Of a stretch of 11,033 nucleotides of DNA, positions 6,338 to 11,033 are shown one piece after another. The stretch's first letter is position 1. Each line of letters starts with the position of its first letter. The notes under the pieces were generated by a model that made no database searches, was not told the DNA's origin, and saw only the letters and a list, made by a program, of their open reading frames with translations. Source of the stretch: Candidatus Krumholzibacteriia bacterium (GTDB lineage Bacteria; Krumholzibacteriota; Krumholzibacteriia; LZORAL124-64-63); contig JAZBOO010000039.1 of assembly GCA_036351155.1 (NCBI GenBank), forward strand, positions 1-11,033, written 5' to 3'. The translations under genes and the position numbers were made by a program.

Positions 6338-7138
6338 ATGGACATCCGCCTCGAAACCATCATCGTCTATCCCGTGAAGAGCCTGCGTGGAATCCTCCTG
6401 CCGGAAGTGGAGGTGACACCGCGGGGCCTGGCTGCCGACCGTCTGTGGGTGGTGACCGACCAGACCGGGCGATTCCTTTCCCAGCGGTCCCACCCCGGGA
6501 TGGCCCGGATCCGGGTGACCGCCCATCCTGAAGGCTGGCTTTTGTCGGCTCCCGGCCGGCCGGATCTGGTCCTGACTCCTCCCGAGGAAGGCCCCCGGGT
6601 GGAGGTGTCGATCTGGAAGGACCAGGTCGGAGCTGCTCCGGCACCTGATCAGGCGACGGCCTGGTTATCCTCCTTTTTGGGCGCGCCTTGCCAGCTGGCC
6701 TTCATGGACAGGCCGACCGCTCGCCCGGTTCTCGATAAACTGTCGCCTGAAGGTCAGGTGGTGAGCTTTGCCGATGCCTTTCCCGTCCTGGCCACCTCCC
6801 AGGCTTCCCTCGATCTGCTGAATACCAAGCTCGAGCAGTCCGTCTCCATGGATCGGTTTCGCGCCAACCTGGTGTTTTCCGGTTGTGGGCCCCATGCCGA
6901 GGATGATTGGGGAAAGTTCCGCGTAGGCAATGCTGTGTTCCGGGCGGTGAAGCCCTGTTCCCGCTGCTCCATTCCAACCGTGGACCAGGAAACGGGGGAG
7001 ATTTCCCGGAATGGAGAGCCCCTGCGAACCCTGGCCACTTACCGCTCCCAGCCGGGCGGAATCATGTTCGGGGTGAACCTGGTGATCGAAAAACCAGGCC
7101 TGGTTCAGCTGGGCGACAAGGTCGGGCTCATGGCTTGA
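6338..7138 (+). CDS. MOSC domain protein (MOSC_N + MOSC; YcbX/mARC-like molybdoenzyme), 266 aa
   Basis: YPVKSLRG, ADRLW, FLSQR, FADAFP, DRFRANL, AEDDW, KPCSRCSIP (conserved Cys) and FGVNL. AGGAG RBS at 6327-6331. Confidence 0.92.
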   Translation: MDIRLETIIVYPVKSLRGILLPEVEVTPRGLAADRLWVVTDQTGRFLSQRSHPGMARIRVTAHPEGWLLSAPGRPDLVLTPPEEGPRVEVSIWKDQVGAAPAPDQATAWLSSFLGAPCQLAFMDRPTARPVLDKLSPEGQVVSFADAFPVLATSQASLDLLNTKLEQSVSMDRFRANLVFSGCGPHAEDDWGKFRVGNAVFRAVKPCSRCSIPTVDQETGEISRNGEPLRTLATYRSQPGGIMFGVNLVIEKPGLVQLGDKVGLMA

Positions 7139-7230
7139 TTCGCGTCCTGTTCGGTACCATCACCTGCACAGCCTGTTGAAAATTTAACCGGAAAATCTTT
7201 GTTTTCAGGTATTTGCAACTGTTTTTAGCT

Positions 7231-7260
7231 TTGACAAATCAACTTCTTTTGCCCTAAGGT
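7231..7260 (+). promoter_or_regulatory. Putative sigma70 promoter of the TAXI-TRAP operon
   Basis: Perfect TTGACA (7231-7236), 18 bp, TAAGGT (7255-7260), in an AT-rich tract; AAGGAGG RBS at 7297-7303. Confidence 0.65.
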
Positions 7261-7311
7261 CTTCTGTACCTGCTCCCAGGTTTTTGTTTTTTCCCCAAGG
7301 AGGACCCGACG

Positions 7312-8292
7312 ATGAAGAAATTTCTGCTCCTGAGCCTCGTGGCCGCGCTGGCTATCACCGTGGGCTTGGCCGTTGATGATGCCGTCGCCAAGGACTTCAA
7401 AGCCAAGGTCGGCGGCGGTCCGACCGGTGGTACCTTCAATACATTCGCCAATGCCATGGCCGTGTACGTTCCGAAGAACCTGGAAGGTGTCAAGCTATCC
7501 GCCGTCGGCTCGGGTGGCTCGGTCGAAAACGTCAAGCGGGTCAGCTCCGGGGAAAGCGACTTCGGTCTGTGCTACGCCGTGGACAGCGCCCTGGGCCGTG
7601 GTGGCAAGCTGCCCAAGGATCCCACGAAATACGATGGCACCCGGGCCCTTGGCTTCCTTTATGGTGCGCCGGCTCAGCTGGTCGTCCGGGCCGACAGTGG
7701 CATCAAGAGCGCCATTGACCTCAAGGGCAAGCGCGTGGCCGTGGGTAACGCCGGCAGCGGCGCCGCCGCCAGTGCCGAGCGTTTCTTCCGTCACCTGGGC
7801 GTCTGGGACAACTTCAACCCCCAGTTCCTGGGCTACTCGGCTGCCGCCAGTGCCTTCAAGGACGGCAAGATCGATGCCTTCTGGGTGCTGGTGGGCTATC
7901 CCAACCGCTCCATCATCGAAGCCTCCGTGCAGGTGGACATCAACCTGATCGATGTGGGCAAGGACGCCGATGACTACGACTTCTACGCGGCTTACGCCTA
8001 CATTCCCATCACCATTCCGGCCGGGACCTACGGCGAGGGTATGCCCGAGTGCAAGACCTTCCAGGACGCCACCTTCCTGTGCGCCAATGCCGAAGTGCCC
8101 GCCGATGTGGTCTACGACATCATGAAGACCTTGTGGAATGAAGAGGGGATGGCAGCCATGGTGGCGGCCAAGAAGACCTTCAAGACCATGACCCTGGAAA
8201 ACGCTTTCGATGGCGCCAGCATTCCGCTGCATCCCGGCGCTGTGAAATTCTGGGAAGAAATGGGCAAGACGGTTCCCGACAACCTGAAGTAA
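7312..8292 (+). CDS. TAXI family TRAP transporter solute-binding protein, 326 aa
   Basis: Sec signal peptide, GGPTGGTF, SGGSVEN, DLKGKRVAVGNAGSG, KDGKIDAF and IPLHPGA are typical TAXI motifs; lies directly upstream of a fused TRAP permease. Confidence 0.93.
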   Translation: MKKFLLLSLVAALAITVGLAVDDAVAKDFKAKVGGGPTGGTFNTFANAMAVYVPKNLEGVKLSAVGSGGSVENVKRVSSGESDFGLCYAVDSALGRGGKLPKDPTKYDGTRALGFLYGAPAQLVVRADSGIKSAIDLKGKRVAVGNAGSGAAASAERFFRHLGVWDNFNPQFLGYSAAASAFKDGKIDAFWVLVGYPNRSIIEASVQVDINLIDVGKDADDYDFYAAYAYIPITIPAGTYGEGMPECKTFQDATFLCANAEVPADVVYDIMKTLWNEEGMAAMVAAKKTFKTMTLENAFDGASIPLHPGAVKFWEEMGKTVPDNLK

Positions 8293-8327
8293 AGGGCCTT
8301 TCGTCCTTTGATGTGACGCGCGATCCG

Positions 8328-8359
8328 ACGGGGAGGGGGTCTGACCTCCTCCCCGTTTT
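8328..8359 (+). terminator. Intra-operon stem-loop (partial terminator or mRNA stabiliser)
   Basis: ACGGGGAGGGGGT-CTG-ACCTCCTCCCCGT-TTT: 13-bp stem with one G-U pair, between the binding protein and permease genes. Confidence 0.6.
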
Positions 8360-8377
8360 GACCAAAAGAGGGACCCC

Positions 8378-10555
8378 ATGACCGACTCCGACCGCACACC
8401 CCCCGAGGACCCCCGTCTGGATCAGCCTGAAATCGAGGAAGCCAACCAGGAAATTCTCGACGAGCTGATGGAAAAAGACGCCAAGTCCGGCCGGGATCTG
8501 AAAAAATTCTGGTACATCTTGACCAGCGCTCTGGGCATCTTCATGGTGCTGTTTTACATGTACAGCGCCGGTATCCAGCCGGTGGACACCCAGTATCATC
8601 TGGGTATCTACGTGCTGATCACCTTTGTGATGGTCTTCCTGACCTACCCCATGACCAAGAAGAGCCGTCCCGATCGCCCCTCGATCTCGGACCTGATCAT
8701 GGCCTTGATCTCCATCGGCGTGATCGGCTACTGGATCATGGAGTATGCCAACCTCAATTACCGCATGGGTTCGGAGACCAATCTGGACACTTTCGTGGCG
8801 GTGGTGGGCATCCTCATTTCCCTCGAAGCGGCCCGACGGGTCCTGGGCATGGCCATGACCATGTCCGGCATCCTGTTCCTGGCTTACCTCCTGTGGGGCA
8901 ACCTTTTCGAGGATCTGCCGGTGCTGTCGGCCTTCGCCCACGACGGGTTCCGGGTCACCCGGGCCCTCAACTTCCTGTTCTACAACCAGGACGGAATCTT
9001 CGGCATCATGGCCAACGTGCTGGTGACCTACGTCATCCTGTTCATCTTCTTCGGGTCATTCCTGAAGGCCAGCGGGGCCAGCAAGTTCTTCATCGATCTG
9101 CCGCTGGCCATCGCCGGCAAGAGCGTGGGCGGCCCCGCCAAGGTGGCCGTGATCGCCTCGGGGTTCTTCGGGTCGGTGTCCGGTTCGGCCATCGCCAACA
9201 CGGTGTCCACCGGAGCCTTCACCATCCCCATGATGAAACGGGCCGGATTTCGTCCCCACGTGGCCGGTGCCATCGAGCCCTCGGCCAGTATCGGCGGCAT
9301 GTTCATGCCCCCGATCATGGGCGCCGGCGGCTTCCTCATGGCCGAGATGACCGAGATTCCCTACGTGGACATCATGAAGATGGCCATCTTTCCGGCCGTC
9401 ATGTATTTCCTGAGCGTTTTCGTGATGATTCACTTCGAAGCCAAGCGCTACGGGCTATACGGCGAAGTGGATCCCGAGGCCCCCACGGCCCTGGACATCC
9501 TCAAGAAGGAGTGGTTTCTGGTCACTCCCCTGGTCCTGATCATCGTCCTGATGCTGATGGGGAAATCGGCCGGGTACTCGGCGGTGGTGGCCACCCTGAG
9601 CTGCGTGGTGGTCAGCTGGTTCACGCCTGACCACAAGATGGGCTGGCGGCAAATCCGCGATGCCATGATCGAAGGCGCGCGCAACACCCTGATCATCGGG
9701 GCCACTGTGGGTGTCATCGGCATCATTGTCGGGACCATCAGCCTGTCCGGCATTGGTCTGAAGTTCTCGGACATCATCATCAGCCTGTCGGGCGGCTTCC
9801 TGCCGGTGGCCATCCTTCTGATCGGTATTGCGTCGCTGGTGCTGGGCATGGGCGTGCCGGTGACGGCGGCCTATCTGATCACCGCCGTGCTCACGGTCGG
9901 ATCGGTCAGCAACATGATCGCCATGCAGCACTTCGGCGTGTCGTTCGCCGATCTGGCCAGTCCCCCCATGGGGGATCTCTCCATCGAGGCCTATCGAGCT
10001 CTGATTGCATCATCGGCCGAGTCGGCCGCCTGGGTGTTGATTGCCAGTCACATGATCGTGTACTGGTTCAGTCAGGACTCCAACATCACACCCCCGGTGT
10101 GTGTGGCCGCCTATGCCGGAGCAGCCATTGCGGGATCCGATCCCTGGAAAACCGGCTGGACCAGCTTCAAGTTCGCCAAGTTCCTGTACATCGGACCATT
10201 CCTGTTCGCGTACAGTCGGGGCTTCCTCCTCAATGGGTCCACCATGGAGATCATCGTCACCTTCACCACCATCACCCTGGCCACGGTGGCCTTTGGCAGC
10301 CTGACCATGGGGTATCTGGCCTGCGGAATGAACATTCTCGAATGGGTGATCATGGCCGTGGCCACGGCTATCCTGTTCTTCCCGGGGCTGGTCCACGCCG
10401 CCCTTCATGTGGATGTGCCCGCCTTCCTGGTGGACGGTGTGGGTATCCTGCTGTGGGTGCTGGTTTTCATCCTGCAGAAAATCAGGATCAAGGCCAACCC
10501 CACCCTGACGTTACCGGCCCATGAGCAGAAGAAGCTGAGGGCGGCCCGGGCCTGA
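8378..10555 (+). CDS. TRAP transporter fused permease (4TM/12TM, DctQM-type), 725 aa
   Basis: Very hydrophobic; LEAARR, GGPAKVAVIASGFFGSVSGSAIAN, TGAFTIPMMKRAG, PPIMGAGGFLMAE, LGMGVPVTAAY and ITPPV motifs. Confidence 0.94.
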   Translation: MTDSDRTPPEDPRLDQPEIEEANQEILDELMEKDAKSGRDLKKFWYILTSALGIFMVLFYMYSAGIQPVDTQYHLGIYVLITFVMVFLTYPMTKKSRPDRPSISDLIMALISIGVIGYWIMEYANLNYRMGSETNLDTFVAVVGILISLEAARRVLGMAMTMSGILFLAYLLWGNLFEDLPVLSAFAHDGFRVTRALNFLFYNQDGIFGIMANVLVTYVILFIFFGSFLKASGASKFFIDLPLAIAGKSVGGPAKVAVIASGFFGSVSGSAIANTVSTGAFTIPMMKRAGFRPHVAGAIEPSASIGGMFMPPIMGAGGFLMAEMTEIPYVDIMKMAIFPAVMYFLSVFVMIHFEAKRYGLYGEVDPEAPTALDILKKEWFLVTPLVLIIVLMLMGKSAGYSAVVATLSCVVVSWFTPDHKMGWRQIRDAMIEGARNTLIIGATVGVIGIIVGTISLSGIGLKFSDIIISLSGGFLPVAILLIGIASLVLGMGVPVTAAYLITAVLTVGSVSNMIAMQHFGVSFADLASPPMGDLSIEAYRALIASSAESAAWVLIASHMIVYWFSQDSNITPPVCVAAYAGAAIAGSDPWKTGWTSFKFAKFLYIGPFLFAYSRGFLLNGSTMEIIVTFTTITLATVAFGSLTMGYLACGMNILEWVIMAVATAILFFPGLVHAALHVDVPAFLVDGVGILLWVLVFILQKIRIKANPTLTLPAHEQKKLRAARA

Positions 10556-10573
10556 CCCAGCTCTTCAGAACGC

Positions 10574-10606
10574 AAAAAGCCCCCTCCAGCTGGAGGGGGC
10601 TTTTTT
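10574..10606. terminator. Bidirectional intrinsic terminator (perfect 32-bp palindrome)
   Basis: AAAAAGCCCCCTCCAG|CTGGAGGGGGCTTTTT (10574-10605) plus one more T, giving U tracts on both strands between convergent stops at 10555 and 10626. Confidence 0.9.
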
Positions 10607-10625
10607 GTTCGATCGCAGGTCAGGA

Positions 10626-11033
10626 TCAGGCGTCCATGTCTTTCCAGCGCCGCGCCATGCGGGCGAACACGATCAACGCGATGATCGCCACACCCCCGAT
10701 GGCCGCGAAGGGGAACCAGACTGCCGGGCCGGGCTGGTAGGTGTTCCACAGGAGGTCGGTGGCCGCCGTGGCATCCAGCCCCAGGATCTCCTGCAGCTTC
10801 AGGAACGCCTCGGTTCGCGGCACGCCCGTCACGGCATCGAGGCTGGACACGTGGCCGTCCCAGGAGCCCCGAGGCACCAGCTCGGTATGTTCAACAATGT
10901 ACTTCTGGGCCAGCACCGCTTTCTCCCCGAAGTTGCCGTAGAAGTAGCCCTGCAGCTTGGCTCCCACCAGGCCGCCAATGCCCACGGGGATGTTCACGTA
11001 GCCCAGATACAGCCCCTTCTTGCCCGGAGGTGA
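10626..11033 (-). CDS. MFS transporter, C-terminal part (possibly POT/peptide permease-like); gene starts beyond the right edge
   Basis: Frame is open to the window edge: SPPGKKGLYLGYVNIPVGIGGLVGAKLQGYFY resembles the MFS loop before TM11 and TM11 itself, and the protein ends in a hydrophobic helix (VWFPFAAIGGVAIIALIVF) with a basic tail. The 10997 start in the ORF track is an internal GTG. Confidence 0.7.
   Translation of the reverse strand, partial: SPPGKKGLYLGYVNIPVGIGGLVGAKLQGYFYGNFGEKAVLAQKYIVEHTELVPRGSWDGHVSSLDAVTGVPRTEAFLKLQEILGLDATAATDLLWNTYQPGPAVWFPFAAIGGVAIIALIVFARMARRWKDMDA

Noticed and set aside
7168..7209. CAGCCTGTTGAAAA resembling an IS or MITE terminal repeat
   Set aside because: No matching full inverted partner, target duplication or transposase in the window.
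7495..8941. 300-aa and 253-aa - strand ORFs, and the other short overlapping ORFs in the track
   Set aside because: Antisense or off-frame to the TAXI and TRAP genes with no independent RBS or motif support.
1..11033. tRNA, rRNA, riboswitch or CRISPR array
   Set aside because: Intergenic gaps are short (under about 175 bp) and show no cloverleaf, known aptamer motif or regularly spaced repeats that I can recognise; an Rfam/Infernal scan would be the decisive test.

Overview
GC-rich bacterial chromosomal window with no mobile element, CRISPR array or RNA gene that I can support. Left to right: the 5' end of a glutamine-hydrolysing asparagine synthase-like gene (- strand, missed by the ORF track); a divergent, secreted S9 peptidase (+); then four - strand genes transcribed in the order DNA polymerase IV (dinB), HDOD protein with an atypical receiver-like tail, membrane-anchored DUF4230-like protein, LOG/SLOG (TIGR00725-like) protein. 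These are followed by a MOSC-domain protein divergent from dinB (+), a TAXI-type TRAP transporter (binding protein plus fused 4TM/12TM permease, +) and the 3' end of a convergent MFS transporter (-). The most notable non-coding signal is a near-consensus sigma28/FliA promoter (TAAA-N15-GCCGATGA) in front of the HDOD gene, flanked by a 10-bp direct repeat 84 bp apart whose 9-bp core recurs upstream of the TAXI operon. The most interesting hypotheses are a dinB/MOSC/LOG base-analogue tolerance neighbourhood and a translationally coupled DUF4230-LOG pair. Both are inference, and all family calls rest on motif recognition rather than database searches.
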